NCBI GenBank assembly: GCA_964035545.1
Contig: OZ037765.1
Coordinates: 3,666,498 to 3,730,497 of the forward strand
Reading direction: 5' to 3'
From: Bugula neritina
Lineage: Eukaryota > Animalia > Bryozoa
DNA length: 64,000 nucleotides
Part shown: piece by piece, positions 28,089 to 63,500 of the stretch
Position numbering within the stretch: the stretch's first letter is position 1
How the letters are laid out: each line of letters opens with the position of its first letter
The notes under the pieces: model-generated
What the model was told of the DNA's origin: nothing
The model's input: only the letters and a program-made list of their open reading frames with translations
Databases searched by the model: none
Position numbers and translations under genes: made by a program

Positions 28089-31000
28089 ATTATAATAATA
28101 ATATAAAACTATTAAATAGATATAACAATCACATTGTAATGTTGTTAATGTAATTATATTTTTATATTCAGTGTTATTAGCAAAATTTATTATAAGGAGA
28201 TATTTTATAAACATATGTTAATAATTACATTCGGCTGTGATGATTATGTTTGAGAAAAAAATATATAATATACTAACCAAAATTAATTGCTTTAATATTG
28301 TATATTTGCAGTTTGTAAATAATTAAACAATATTTAGAATTTTTTTGTTTTTTGTTTGTTATAGGATAGTCATTGAGCTTTCATTCATACATTAGTTCAG
28401 CTAGTTAAGAGTTGTCTTTTTATTTCTACGTTGAAGATTTGATATAATTCGTGGCTTTTCACACCAACGTAAATACAAGCTAGAAAAGTGTATAAATTAA
28501 TTAAAGTTGCATATTACTTGTATAGTAAAGTTTTATAACCAAAATTATTTAGCAATGTATAGCTAGACCAACCTAACTCTATCCAGTTTTTGAAGTATTA
28601 TATTGTTGTGTGAAAAATTAACTGCATTAAGGCAAAACACACAATTATAAAAAGTACATAACAAAAGTTTTACTTTAAAATTTACAGAAATACAATGCAA
28701 TCAATACGTAATAAATTGGGTCTTACAAAGAAATATTACATGTTGTTATATATAATGTAATGTAGTATGATAGAGTATTATGATAGTAGAATTTATTACA
28801 GCGCCATCATTTATAACTGATACGCTGCTGTATATTCCACAAGATGCCATATAACTGCAAGAAGACCCATAAAAAAGTTGAAAGCTGACTCATTATAAAG
28901 AAATAAGGTTTCGTTTTCAAATTACCATAACATACTGTCTAAACTGTGCATGAATGTTTATTCAATTGCTAGGAGTGAACATTCATTTTTTATTTAAAAG
29001 CTATTCATTACTGTCATGACTCATGATAACACAAGCTTTTCATGCATATACGTGCACATTATAATATACAATTAGTTATTCATTCGGAGTTGTTTTCTCT
29101 TAAGTAAACTTTACACTGATGACTAATGGTGGCCCGTATGCAATAATTACGTTTAGTATGGCGTGAGTCTTCACAAAATAAGGCGTGTCTAAAAGTCTAA
29201 CCATGGCTCACATTGTTTACTTTATGCAGTCGGGGACTTAATCTACACATCGATAAAAAGTAGTTTTGTTTTATAGATTTAATCTAAAACAGGAAAATTC
29301 TGTCTCAAAACTATTGAAAATGAATACGTGAGTGACCAACGTAAGTGTAAGTCAAGAGTATCAGTATGGCACGATACACGATTAGCATCATGATCATTCT
29401 GATCTTCCACGTCACTCATTAAAACTATAAACTTCACACTCACAGCAGTAGATGCTACAAGAAACATAGCAAGATAAAGTTGTACTAAAAATTGGAAGTT
29501 GAGACTGATATTGATAGTGATACTCGTACTGATACTGATACGATATTGATTCAGATTGATTTTGAGTCAACACTCCAAGAGTCTTAATTCAAAGGCAAAA
29601 GTGAAAGTAAGTAGTATTAAGTCAGTAACTATAAATCACTGAAAGAAGTGTTAAACTCAAAACTAAAAGTAAAAGCCAAAGCAGAAAATTAAAAATAAAT
29701 TATAATTATTAATTACAATTATTATTAATATTATGATTATACACAATAATTATAATTTATAACATAAATAATAACTAAACTCTAAGACTAATGTCATTTG
29801 AGTTTTGCCTAGGGCTAAGGTTATGCTGAAGCTCATTGCCATACTCATACTGATATTGTGAACCGAAACTCAAATCAAAATTGAAACTTGAGCTGGGGCT
29901 GTAATTGTAAGTCAAAGTCAAAGTCATTAACTGTAAAATAAACATAAAATTAACCTAATGCTAGTGTGATTGTCGGATTAATCATCAACTTACACTGAAC
30001 TAACTGGTACTGGTAGACTAAAGCTCATGACTTGCGACAACAAAAAGCACCAAAACAGAGAGTAATAAGAATGGCAAGATATACTCGATATGATATGACC
30101 CACCTTAAGTTTACACATAGTTAATCTGAAAAGTGACTGGCACTCAAAAATCAGTATCAATTATCACAAAACTGTAGCCATTACCTCAGCACTGTCTTGA
30201 TTGATAGCATACACTCACTTTGTTATGTGGATACATACAGAATATACAATAAACTATAGTCTATGCAGATAAATACAGAAATATATGATCTAAAGCTACT
30301 TTGACCAAAACATAACTAACCTTAGACAATAAAATCATAAAAAGTGAAGGTAAATGTTGAAGACAGTTTTATCTAGAGTTTTGACTTCAAGATTATGTCA
30401 TTAACACAAATATAGCTATAAGATGTCCTAGAAGTTCAGGGAACTAACTTGAACAATTATGTCAACTGAAATACTATACTGAAAAATTATGCCTTCAACG
30501 AAATTTTAAATCACAAAAAGGTGTGAGATGAGTGTAGCTGGTGCCCCTGATGTGGAGAAGGAGGCAGGCATTAAACATTACATGAGTTGTACATAGGCCT
30601 TAAACAATATCTGTTAGTCTAACTTTGCTAGTAGAAAATTCCTGTTATCAAACTATATTACCTTTTCTACAAAATGCATTTGATTTTTAGCAAATATAAT
30701 GTCAATGTCACTCAAAGTTTTCAGAGTGAATGCAAAATCACATTATTTTTAATATTACGCTATCAGGGTTTCATTAGCTGGCAATATTATATTTATGAAT
30801 TTACTGCGCATCTTAACCAAGTGGGTTAACCTCACCCTAGTTACTAACCCGATTAATTTACAGTCCTAGATGTTATCATTGCATTCTTATTGGCTAGTCA
30901 CAGCCACACCGCATTCCTAGTATTTGGCATAAGGCCAGCAATTCATACTCTCGTGAATAACAACGTGACGTGTTCGTGCAATCAGTAGCGTCTGATAACT

Positions 31001-31149
31001 ATTACTTTGGGTTGAATGGCACACTCCATTCATGACTATTTATTGTGTAACAAAAGCTATACATTGCTTGCCAGTTTCAACACCTTTTAATAAACAAAGT
31101 ATATTTATTCAATTTTATGAATCAAAATTTATATTTCTTTAGGTTGAAA

Positions 31150-34100
31150 ATGACATCAGCAACAGGAAAATTGACAAGAATTTTTACGCCCAGATGGCTG
31201 GCCTCAAATAAAGGGCTGGAAGTAAGCCAAAGTACCTCTGTAGAAGGTCAAGGTCGATCACCTGATGCTGTGGTGAAAAAATCCCAGCAAGTACATGGCT
31301 TGTTGGCGACATCGAGTGATGACGAATCACTCACCAAGGCTCAGGCAGTCACCAAACTAAAAAACTTATTTACCAATCATGTAATCAAGCCAAGTAGAAG
31401 TATACTCACCAACCCCCTGTCTACTAAGAGGGTAAAAGAACTGCCGCATCAACTCACTCCTGGTCAGAATTTTGTAGACGCAATGACTGAGTGCCACTCA
31501 AGCGTAAACCAGTTTTACGGACTTTCTACACAGTACAATGAAGATTTACCTCTTCCACCAAAGACTCTAGAGCCACCTCAACTAAAGCCGATGAAGGTAG
31601 AGAAAACAATTAATCTGATAGTCAAACGCACCAAAATATATGAGGCCAAACAGAATCGAATCTCAATAACAGAAATGCAGAGACGCATGAGAGCTCTGAC
31701 AATCAATGCACTTGCTCCTGGGATAAGTGTTGTGTCGAGGATGACGCGCCTTCGGGATTTATGTGATCATGCTAAGAAACACCCCTTCTCTAGACGAATT
31801 GCCATCAATGTGAGTGGCTACAATGTGCCCTTTAATTCTAGCACTTCCACCTACAACATTTTTCAATTTAATTATTTTCTATTCTTGGTTCGGAATATTC
31901 TAATTTATGACACGTTTACTGGTCTGAAATTTTTTTGTTAATCTTCTAGTTTTTCTTGGGATTTTGAATTTATTTCAAGCTTTTTATAATTATTTTTTGT
32001 TTAGCTGAACATTCCTACGATATAATTTTCTAAGATATCATGAGTTTTAATCAGTTTCATTTCTATTTAAGGTCATAACATTTCATGTTGTGTAATCATT
32101 ATACCTGTGCCTTATCTGTTGCTTTATAGGTCAAAGTTACTCTTTTATCTCTGCAGTAGAAGTTATTTATATGCCATTCAATATTCATACTATTAATTGA
32201 TTGCTTTTTACATCTTCTTGCAGCAAGGAATTATCCCCTTTCTGCTGTCCCTTCAAAAGGAAAACTCCAGATTGAGAGATCGCGGTCTCGCTGACTATCG
32301 CAAGCTCACTGGTGTAATCAATGAGTCACTCGCTGTCCTAGGTCATCGGCAGCAAATAAACACAAAGGGCATCAAAATACTGAGCATAGATGGTGGAGGA
32401 ACCAGGTTAGACATTTCCACCCTTCTGGTTTAACTCATTTCACATCTGAACTTGAAAATGTTTAGTAGGCTTTGTGAAGTTAAATATTTACACTTGAGGC
32501 TATTTTACTTTACTTTATTAGTGGTTGTTGTTTATACCCATTGTCATGGCTACCATGTAACTATTCTCAGTACACAAGTCTTACTTCTGTTATGTGTTTG
32601 CTTTCTAATTATGTTTCAAATGTCATAAACCAGTAGCTTTGTGTTCTTCAGAATATATTGCATGTCTATTTTTATTATAGAACCTTAATGCCCATGACAC
32701 ACTACAGTCGAAACTCGACTGTGGCGGCCATTTTAGAGCTGCTCACGCATACCTTCAACGTCACATCCTACTTTTTGCTGGTCACACTACAGTTCACTAC
32801 GAACGATGAAAGCTAACTGTCTCTAGTCTCGCAGTAAACTTTTAAACCAATAGGAATGCCATATCTCAGTTTTTGCAGTATCCACAGTAACCAGCAATCA
32901 AATTTATCGCAATTTGTTGAGATTTACTAGCATTATTTAATAAGATTTACTAGTTCTAATTGACTAGCTTAAATTATTCAAAATTACTAGCTTTATTTAA
33001 TGAGATTACCTAGCTTTATTCAAGCTCATTCACTAGCCTAAAGAACTAACTGCCCTAATAAAATTCAATCAAATTAGAAAAACTAAATATTATGCAGATA
33101 AAATTTAGCAAAAATTATCTAATAAATACTTATTTTCATAATTTATCAAGATTTTCATACATAACTTCATCATAATTATTTTAAAAGTAAAATAATATAA
33201 TTTTCGAAGAACCAAATCAAATAATAATGCTCGCTAGTAGCACGTGGAAAAAGTAAAAGCACTTAACCAATCAGGGTTTACCTGGCCAGTCAGTGATTGG
33301 TTGATCGCTCAACTTCAGCGATGACAGTTGCGTTCAGAAATCAAACAGTTGTGACGTTCAAGATGTCGTTTCGACTGTAGTGTGGCAGCCCCATAAGGCC
33401 TGGGAATTAGTAAATGGCCATCAAATTGCTTTAAATTTTATAGAAAAATTACTTTCTTGAGAAATGAAAATTTGGTCATGAAATAACAGTTATCTGCTGT
33501 TGCACATGAAGGGTTTCAGTATTGTGCAAGGGGAATAACTCTGGTTGTAAAATACAGCTCGCTTCTTTGTTTGCATTGGTGTTTTGCAAATTACACTTCA
33601 ATGGATTTTTTATACAAAAAAATTGTTTTTCGATATTTTGACATTGAAATAGTGTTAAATATATCTGTCCTCTTTTTATTGCTGTTAGTCTTATTAAATT
33701 TTATTTTTTATTCAAATTTGTCTTTTGTTACAGAGGCTTGGTTGCCATAGAAACACTCAAACAACTGGAGATTCTATGTGGGGCTCCAATACACACAAAG
33801 TTTGACTACATAATTGGAGTGAGCACAGGTGGTCTACTCGCAATTCTGGTTGGAGCTTTAAAAATGCCTCTTGATAGGTACGTTGTTGTTAAGTTACACA
33901 CCAGTCTTAAAATTAACTACTGATATGAGCTACTAACGAGTTTTCTAAAATCTAAATGATTAAACTTGATATTTTTCATTCAGATGGCTTCTTTTTTAGC
34001 TGTGCTAAAAATTAAAAAAATATTGGTGTTTTGTGCCTAGAGCTTTAAATTTTGATGTTTTTATATAAAAAAAAACAATTCTAATTCTGAACATCAGCCT

Positions 34101-36447
34101 TATTAAAGTATTTACATATTTTACCGAAGAAAAGTTGTTGTCTTGTGTGATTAAATTTAAGAAAAAATGTTTTTGTGTCCAATCTTCTATGACTGTACAT
34201 TAATTAAACTATACTATTATTTTATTATTTATATGGCATTACCCAAGTCTCAACCAAGTCTCTAATAGTAGTTTGTTATAAAATTAACTAAATATTTAAA
34301 TTTAACTCATCCTTATAACTATATCAACATTTTGTCAATTGTGTCATGGTGTCACAGGTGTGAGGAGGTTTACAAGGAGTGTAGTCAGAAAATATTCAAC
34401 AGGGGGGCACTAGCTGGTACAGCTAACTTGCTCACTAGACACAGTTACTATGATATGGAGGTGTGGGAAGGCATCCTCAAGTGAGTCATTGTAATAATTA
34501 TTTTGATTTTTGTATTAAATACTTATTAATATAAAGTTTAATTTGCTACAACTAATTATAATGATAATTGTTAAAGAATTGAAAGAATTTTGGCAGGGCT
34601 TTACCAAATAATTTGAAATATTTTATTCATGGCAATCTTCAACTTCTTGCATAACTTTTATTGTAAAATATTATAATATTATTGTAAAGTACTCTAAGCA
34701 ATATAAAGCAAGCTGTTTAATTATATTCTATGATCTTATAATGAAATTTATTATTTGTCTGTCAGTGTGTTTATTGAAACTTTAAACCTAATTCTATGCT
34801 GCCTCAAACTGGGATGGCAGCGTGACTTGTAGCATCAGTATAATTATGAGTAGATGTTTAGGCATCTCTCTATTAGTTTAGTATAATAACTCACCAGTAA
34901 TTTCCAACAGCCACGCTATGTATCGTCGTGGTATTCTATAACAATTGTGTTTTCTTACCTTCCACAGAGAAGAGCTGGGAGAAGATAGGACACTTCTGTC
35001 ATCAGTAAGAGACGGTCTCTCTCCTCGAATAGCCCTCGTCTCTACTGTCATGGCGGAGTTGTCCTACAACTACGTCTTCCGCAACTACAACCATGACATC
35101 AACACCACGTCTCAGTACCCCGGCACGTGTGACGCCAAGATGTGGGAGGCCATCCGGGCGTCCTCGGCAGCCCCCGGCTATTTCCAAGACTTCAAACTAG
35201 GAGATTTCATTCATCAGGTTCGCAGCAGGATTACCTGTTCTAATATCAGTTTATAATTGGGAGTTGTCTGTGTTATTTGATTGGGGACACAACTTTGAAA
35301 TTTCATTTTAAATATTTAGATGCGAATACATTTTAGAAGCATTTCCTACTGTAATAGCCACATATATTGCATTATCATTTAATAAATACAGCAGTTTTTG
35401 AATTTCTTTTCACAAAGGTTAGTGTTTAATTTGTAGGATGGGGGCGTACTGAACAACAACCCGACTGCCATAGCCATCCATGAGGCTAAGATGCTGTGGC
35501 CGGATGAGGAGGTGCAATGCATTGTGTCTGTTGGTAATGGAAGGTATGAGCCAAGCTCTCACACTCATAGTCAGGACTCTGTGAGCAGTCTGAAGCATAA
35601 GTTGGGGACCATAATACACAGCGCCACTAACACTGAAAGTGAGCATGCAATGAACTTAGGCTATAAAACTAGATTTCTTACTATTAATGTACAAAGTACT
35701 TACCTGTTCTTAAAGCATATGTTTGTAATTTTTAGCTTCGAGAAAGAAATGCAAAGCAACACTTGAACTTTCTAGTCTTGAAGCCATAAATGTTTATGTC
35801 ATGAATTATTGCTTATTAATACAAAATATCAAAATATTCAACATAACATGTGATGGCTTCTGTAATTTTTAATTTAAGTATGCAACTATTATAACTTTTA
35901 ATTTTATTATAAAAAAGTATTAAATGTTTTTCTTTACTTGTAACATCTAAAATAGTTTCTTAATTTTTGTTTAAACTTCAGCTGTTTATTTTTTCTACTT
36001 GGAACTTTTTAAAAAGCATTATCTTTTTGGAATGATTTAATGAGTCAAAAAATAGAGATGTGAAAAAAACGATTTATAATGTTTGCTAACAATATTTCCT
36101 GTTGAAAATAACATCAAAGTACTCGCTATGTTATTGTCCACTTGCCTAATAGCTTGTCTTTCTGTTTTGCAGACGTGCACACAGTGATGAATGATTTACT
36201 TCCCGCCCAAACATACTTTCGATTCAACCCCTACATGTCTGAAGACTTCATGTTGAATGAAATAGGAGAAGCCAAACTGCAACAGATGCAATATGAAACT
36301 CAACTCTATCTTCGCCGCAATGCTAGTAAAATTAACAAAGCTGGTCAAAGGTTAAACGAAGGTCGTACCGCTCACAGGAAAATTCAAGATTGGCTCTCCA
36401 ATAAATACTACAGTCTCTCCAGAATTCGACCCACCACTTACTTGTAG
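31150..36447 (+). CDS. PNPLA8: Calcium-independent phospholipase A2-gamma (patatin-like), 611 aa
   Basis: Exons 31150-31809, 32224-32405, 33734-33877, 34358-34480, 34968-35217, 35437-35638, 36173-36447 splice in frame. Patatin motifs [15 protein letters not shown], catalytic [41 protein letters not shown] are all characteristic of iPLA2-gamma. Confidence 0.93.
32689..33393. mobile_element. MITE, PIF/Harbinger (Tourist)-like, in PNPLA8 intron
   Basis: Perfect 17-bp inverted repeat CACACTACAGTCGAAAC (32698-32714 / 33368-33384), each 9 nt inside a TAA direct repeat (32686-88, 33394-96). A second subterminal inverted pair (ttcaacgtcaca / tgtgacgttcaa) is present; no coding capacity. Confidence 0.75.
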
Positions 36448-37277
36448 ACCGAAATGACAACTCCCTCTTTCAGTATTAACAGATGACCAAGTCACTACAA
36501 TTAGACTTTGGCTGGCTCCAAGCTGTCTTCTTATTTATTTTTATTGTGCATATAATTACAATGATAAAGCAGAATTTTTATTTTATTTTCAGATACCATT
36601 CTTTATAAAGATATTACGGAAATATATTTGAATTGTTTCTGTTTATTCGTATCTCTATCACTCTCCAGTAAGCTAGGCATTACTGCGGTCTGCCTATTTT
36701 TATTTTGCTGCCCTTTAATTATTTTAACCTTCCTTCCCAGGTTGTTTTTTTTCAAAAACGTGTATCAGATTGCTAATTTATATGCGGGTATTTTACATAA
36801 TGTAAGTCATAACTCTACTAAATACAGGATAATAATATTTCTTGTGTTGAAAGAATATTATTTTTCAGGCAACTAATTACTGCAAAATATTTATCATTAA
36901 AATAATAACTTATATCTAAAATAGTAGTTGAAAGCTTTAAAAACTTTTAAAATACAATCTTCAAAACCAACAGTATCTGTTTAGAATAATTCTACGGCAT
37001 GATGTCATAACATGAGTTTATAATGCTTTTATACGAAGTTATGGCTTAGGCCTTAAAATATTGAACTTAGTGTGGATACTCTTGAAAATATTATTTCTAT
37101 GTCTATTGTACTGATGAATATAGCAATAATATCTATTTATATAATGTTATCTTGTACCTACAGTGTTGCAGTAGCTCTCTAGTGTGAAGTGAAAGCTCAA
37201 CTGTATATAAATAATTTTCCATTCTATAACCTGCAAACAAAAGATAGAAAAAGCACAATGAACCTTCTAATGCAGCA

Positions 37278-37402
37278 CAGGAGCAATTATGACTGAATGC
37301 TATTTTCAACATCACCAATGGCCTTTACTGCGATTTAAACCATTGACTTTGTGTTCACTTTAATGCCATGCAGTCCTTTAACCATTAGAACACAGCTGCT
37401 CC
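37278..37402 (-). mobile_element. tRNA-derived SINE copy
   Basis: Shares caggag..a.tatgactgaatgct...aacatcaccaatggcctttactg...cagctgctcc with 43382-43501. Confidence 0.7.
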
Positions 37403-38693
37403 TACAGTTGTATGATACACATTGTATGTATGACAACATCTATAATAATAAACTTATAGTGTTTATTACACAACATAATATAATAAATGAGACAATTATA
37501 CACTATGATATTTTTATCAAACATGTTTGGTATTGCTATTTCTGAGCATGTCTGTTAAAACAAACGCAAAACTTTAGTCGATTACGCGGTTGTATGCAAC
37601 CCTTAATTTTAAAGCACTTTTAATGCATAATAGAAAATTATTATGATACATATTGTCACTTAATACATAATATATTATTATGAACAACTATTTAAGACAT
37701 ATATTTGCTGACTGACTACATACATACATATATGTATGTATATGATATGTCAATTTATCATGGCAGTTTAAATAATTGTAAGATAATGAGTTAGTAATTA
37801 TTATTTAAAATTAAGATATAGAAAAAATTGAAAAATGACAAATTGCTTGGAATAATGTAGATTTAAAAAAATACATAATAATCACCAAAAATTATGATTA
37901 TGAAATTTTAGAAACTTAAACCTAAAGCCAACATATTATTTCTCTTACGTTGGCAATTCATTGCAGAATAAATTAGAGTTATCCCTCTTCTCTTCTGTTT
38001 CATTAAATCGCGTGTCAAAATGAAACCACTACACGTGAAAATATATCGCGTCCCTTAATCATAACCAAATACACACAAAGATTGTCGTTGAAATAATTTA
38101 AATTTAAAATTATACGTAATTAAAAAAAACTGGTGTTTTCAAAATAAAAATTTTTATAATGACATTGTAAAACTGAATGAAACGTTATGCACTTAGGCTG
38201 TGTCAAGCAAAAAGTTTTGATGCGGAATTACACTATGTAAACAAGGTTTAATTCATTGCATTATGCCCGTAGGTGCCCTAACCGAAGCTTATCGATCAAA
38301 GTGTTGGAGTGAAAGTTTGTAATCTGCTTCATTGATCGCATACTGGTTAAACACCAATCGCTATCTACTGAACAGTGTCAGTTACTACAGCCAGTTCCGT
38401 CTGGTGTTATTGGTGAATTGCACGTCTGTTTATTAACATTACTACTGCGAAAGGTTATAACTTACATTAATATTAATTTATAAGTTATAAATATAGGGCT
38501 GGTTTTACTTTTAGCGACTCCAGGCTTTAGTAATAGTTGTAAACTGAGAAACCGAACGTTGGTTTGATTTAATTTTCTCAATTTCAGTCAATATTTTTGA
38601 AAACTGGAAAGTAAAATTTTCATCATGCCACCTGAAAGGATTTAAACTTTTTAAAAACTAAAAGCGAGACTATCTTCATCTTGTATAGCAGAG

Positions 38694-59302
<20,609 letters not shown>

Positions 59303-60562
59303 TCAAATGGACACACTGTGTTTTTTGTCGACTTTGTTTTTGATAGTAAAATTTGGGATGCCGTGAGTCTCTTTTAGTTCTATAACTGCTTGTTGTAGTC
59401 GTTAGCTAATAACAAAGCAATATTGTGATATATTTGTACATTCAGGCGTTATATTTATTGCTTACCTGTAAATTTGGACTAGCACTCACTGCCCTTAATT
59501 GACGAAAGTAAATTTCAAAGTTAAGCTATCTGTATTTAGTTTCAACCAAACTGCTATTTATTGAAGATTCTACATATATTATTATTATTGCCATTTCTTG
59601 TATTTATAGGAAAGTTTTGTTATTGAATTTTGTTTTTCTGGTCTCAATTTGGACTAGTTCGTACTTATATCGGCTTTTTCTTAGCAGGCCGATAAGCTTT
59701 CAATACTCATGAATTTTATTTTTCTAATCACCAATGTATATTTTTGTTGCCTATAGTTACCGCTAGAAGATCTTGCAGCTCATGTGACCCATTCATTCAT
59801 TGCCACTTGTCATATACCATCTCATTACACTTGCCAAATCTACCAGACATTTTATTTGATTCACTAAAATGTGTACATGTTAATTTCATGTCAATATTTA
59901 TACTATAAATATCAAATATATAAAAAACATTTTGTTCATTCAACAAATTCAGTTACTATTTGAAAATATTGAATCACCCAAATAAAGCTTTGCATGTTAT
60001 TACTAGCTGTACTTTAACCTGTCTCAGCCTACTACAAAGTGAAAGCTAGAAAGTAAAATTAGAATAGTTAAAAGTATGATGAAACTTCCCAGAATTTGGT
60101 TGATCGTAAGAGACTTGCAGAATGATTCTTGAATAAAAGTTTTCTGAGTCGAATTGACAAATTGAAGTATGAAAATAAATGACTATATTATTATGCATGC
60201 ATTATGAATGCATAGGATTTACACCAGTTTAAGAAGATTTCTTACAAATAAATATTTAATTTAGGATTGTCAGATAAAAACTCATAAAACAGGAGAGCAG
60301 TAAATATTGAAAACATCTCATTCTAGTTGAGCAAAAACCAGTCACTAACAGTCACTGTGATTATTGAGCAAAACTAACAATACATTGTGTAACTGTTCAA
60401 TTGCTAGAGAGAGAGAAAATAAAAATATTTGACAATAAATAAGTTAACTGAGTTGATAAGGAAATAAAACTGTAAAAAAAAATAGAATCCCTGTGAAAAC
60501 ATGAGCAAACCGTCAGAATAACATGAGTAAATATTTCAATCCAAAAACTCTCCCTGCAGTTG

Positions 60563-63500
60563 CTAGAGAGTGGCTTGGCCGAGTATGGCTAGCATAGCGT
60601 ATCTGTCCATTACAGAGTCAGGATCCCCGTTGATGGAGGAAAACCTGAAGGGTCTGGCAACACTTTCAGAGGGAGCAGCAACCTTTTCTTTAGTCTAGAA
60701 ATATATTTAGCAAAAATAAAACTCAGGTGAAAACAACCAGGTATTGCAGAAATGACGGAAATGCCTTGGCACACATCTAGTCTATTTCCTGAAATGAATC
60801 ATCAGGGAGCCTAGAAAGTGAACCTCGTTGCCAGAAACCAGAAAATATAGTCATGCGGGTTGCTGCAAATTTCAGAAAGCTTATTTCCATGAAAAAGTTC
60901 AAACTATTTGAGAAATATATTGAATTTGTTTGTTCCAGGCAAGAGTTACATGTACATGATCCTAGTATATGATGAAGAGTTGCCTTTTCACACCTCACCT
61001 GAATAATATAATAAATTGAAAGTTGACTGGCCAGTGCATTTCTGATACGGACACAATATCAACATATTAACTGCATATTCTATAATACACGTCGCCATTA
61101 CTCACCTTACAACATCTCTTTGTATGAGATGAAACTAAATACTGCATGTACTGTGCTGGAAACACAACATGTATAAAATATACACGGCATTTGTTGCTAT
61201 GTGACTTTTTGTGCTACACGAAAACATTACAAATAAAAAGAAAAGGAGTTGTCTAACCTTTTCCTTACTATATTTTCTCTGTATTAACACTTTCTTTGTA
61301 GATGAGTCCGATTTAAAACTTATGATGTACTGTACAGCAGCCATGAATGTAGCCATTGTGAATCTATAATGTTATACAAGCAAAGTTAGGCTTAGGCAAG
61401 ATTTGGAGTAACTTGATAATAAACTAAGATAAAATAGATATAGAAAGACTCAAAAGTTAAAAAAGAACAACATTTCAACTGATGCAAACCACTTGCTTAA
61501 TTTTATAATACTAAAAATAAATTGTGAGAACCCCAAATAGTAAAAACTTTCATGGGGCTAAGGACTGCACTTCCCATCATACCAGCAATATGGTTAAGGT
61601 CTTTCAAAGTAGCCCAAGAGCAATGATGACATGACCAATGGAAAAGGAAAAGCGATAGATTTGAGTTTTTTCAAACACTAAAGTGCAACCATGTACTCAC
61701 ACCTTTATCTCACACACATACACTACAGTATAAACCATAGTTATATATCAGTTGTATGTATAAAATATCACCATCTACTCACTCAAACGCATCATGGAAA
61801 TCAAGGATAGTGTTTCCAAATATCTGAGTATACTGAAGGAGGGAAGGCAAATCCACATTCCCATGAGATATGAGCACACCAATCTATAAACACAGTTCAA
61901 CAGAAACAGCTTATTACAGCAGCTAACAGGTCACTTTACATCTATTTACATGACAACTACTTTAACATGATGAATGTTACAGCATATTCAGCTCCAGCTA
62001 ATAGAAACCAGTTCTCCCTTGGGTACAGTCTTAGTATAGCAGAGCATGTGATGTTGACAAGTTAGATCCTATAAAATCTATCACTAATGTTGCTCTGTTT
62101 TTGCATGATTTACCACTTATTCCTATAGCCTAGCCCTAGTTGCCTCAACAGTTCCTAGTGACAAATACTCTCCAACCCCTACCCAGTCTCCAGGTCTAAC
62201 ACTTTGAACATCTTTGAGTTTTCTTGTCAAGATACATGAATTTAAAACACAGGGGTAAGTTTTCCTCAATAAATGTTCCAGTTGCTTTCCATTTAATATC
62301 TCATAGAGCCTGCTATCTACTAGACTTAGATATTAGAAGATGTGTTAACACTAACCAGTAGAGGTATGAGATCATCAGTGGCCAGTGGACCTGAAATACA
62401 GCAAACTGTACAAAACTAAACGTTGAGCAAATATACAAATAAATCAGATGGATACCAACACATTTGCTAAACAAATTTCCTCCATTGCATTCAGTACAGG
62501 TGAAACTACATCATGCTCCAAAGAGCTGTTTACTAACACTGGTATAGTTAGAAATCTCTGCTTTTTTAGGAATATTTTCAGCCCATTTTTGCAGGAACAA
62601 GAACATCAAATACGAACAGAGTACATAGCACCATTCCATAGTTCACATACAAGAGAAGTATACAGTGTAATGAGATAGTTTACAGTACAAACCTTTAGTG
62701 GAGTCTGTCGCAAGGACATTCACTGCACAAATCTCATCCTAACCAAAAGAAAAAAAATCATTATCGCAGAATTACAAGACTATAAGGGAGAATACTTAGA
62801 AAATTATTTTGTTTTGCAGTGAGTTATGAAAAGACAACTCCAAGAAATAATCATCTTTCAGTTGCTAAGGTGTGGCCTGAGATAATATGCAGGTTGAAAC
62901 CTGACAGTGTTTTAACAGCCTGTGAACTTCTTGCAGCCAATTCATGTTTTATAGGACAACTACCAATAATATCAAGTTTACAACACAAACCTATACTAGC
63001 TACGTCTGACAGCTCTAAAGATAGAGATGACAACTGTGTGATCATAGCAATTTATATAAAAATAGAAAAGACGACTATTTTTAAATAGAAAACAAAAATT
63101 TCAAAATATTTTATTAAAATGCTTTCTTTTAAACTGTGATCCTTCCCTAATGAATATGATGGATTGTATAAATAAATACACCAACTGACCAGAGCTAGTT
63201 TCAGGACAGACAGGATCTGTAGAGGACTGGTGGCTGAAACTAACTGCTGCAACTTAAAGCTCTCCGTGTTATTCTCTCTTTCAACTTCCTCCTACCAATA
63301 GATATTACCATTCAGTAGGAGTGACAACTCCAACATTGAATATAAACTTTCAGTATTCCTGTGCAGTATTGGAGGGATAAGCTTGGCATAGATTTGTGAC
63401 GTTAGCAGATTAACATTAAACACGCAAAATACCCTATTGCCTATTTATTAGCCTGCTGTTGATTTCATAACCTGCTGCCTATTTATTAGCCTGCTGTTGA

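Noticed and set aside
34968-35217. GC/CpG-rich PNPLA8 exon suggesting foreign DNA
   Set aside because: In-frame part of a normal intron-containing animal gene; several TMEM132 exons show the same GC3 bias.
61780-62600. LINE reverse-transcriptase fossil on the - strand (VLDLE..SICH..LL, TVPKG, RYLE)
   Set aside because: Some of the supposed motifs fall in phase-consistent VPS9 exons read in another frame; the rest are too short to support.
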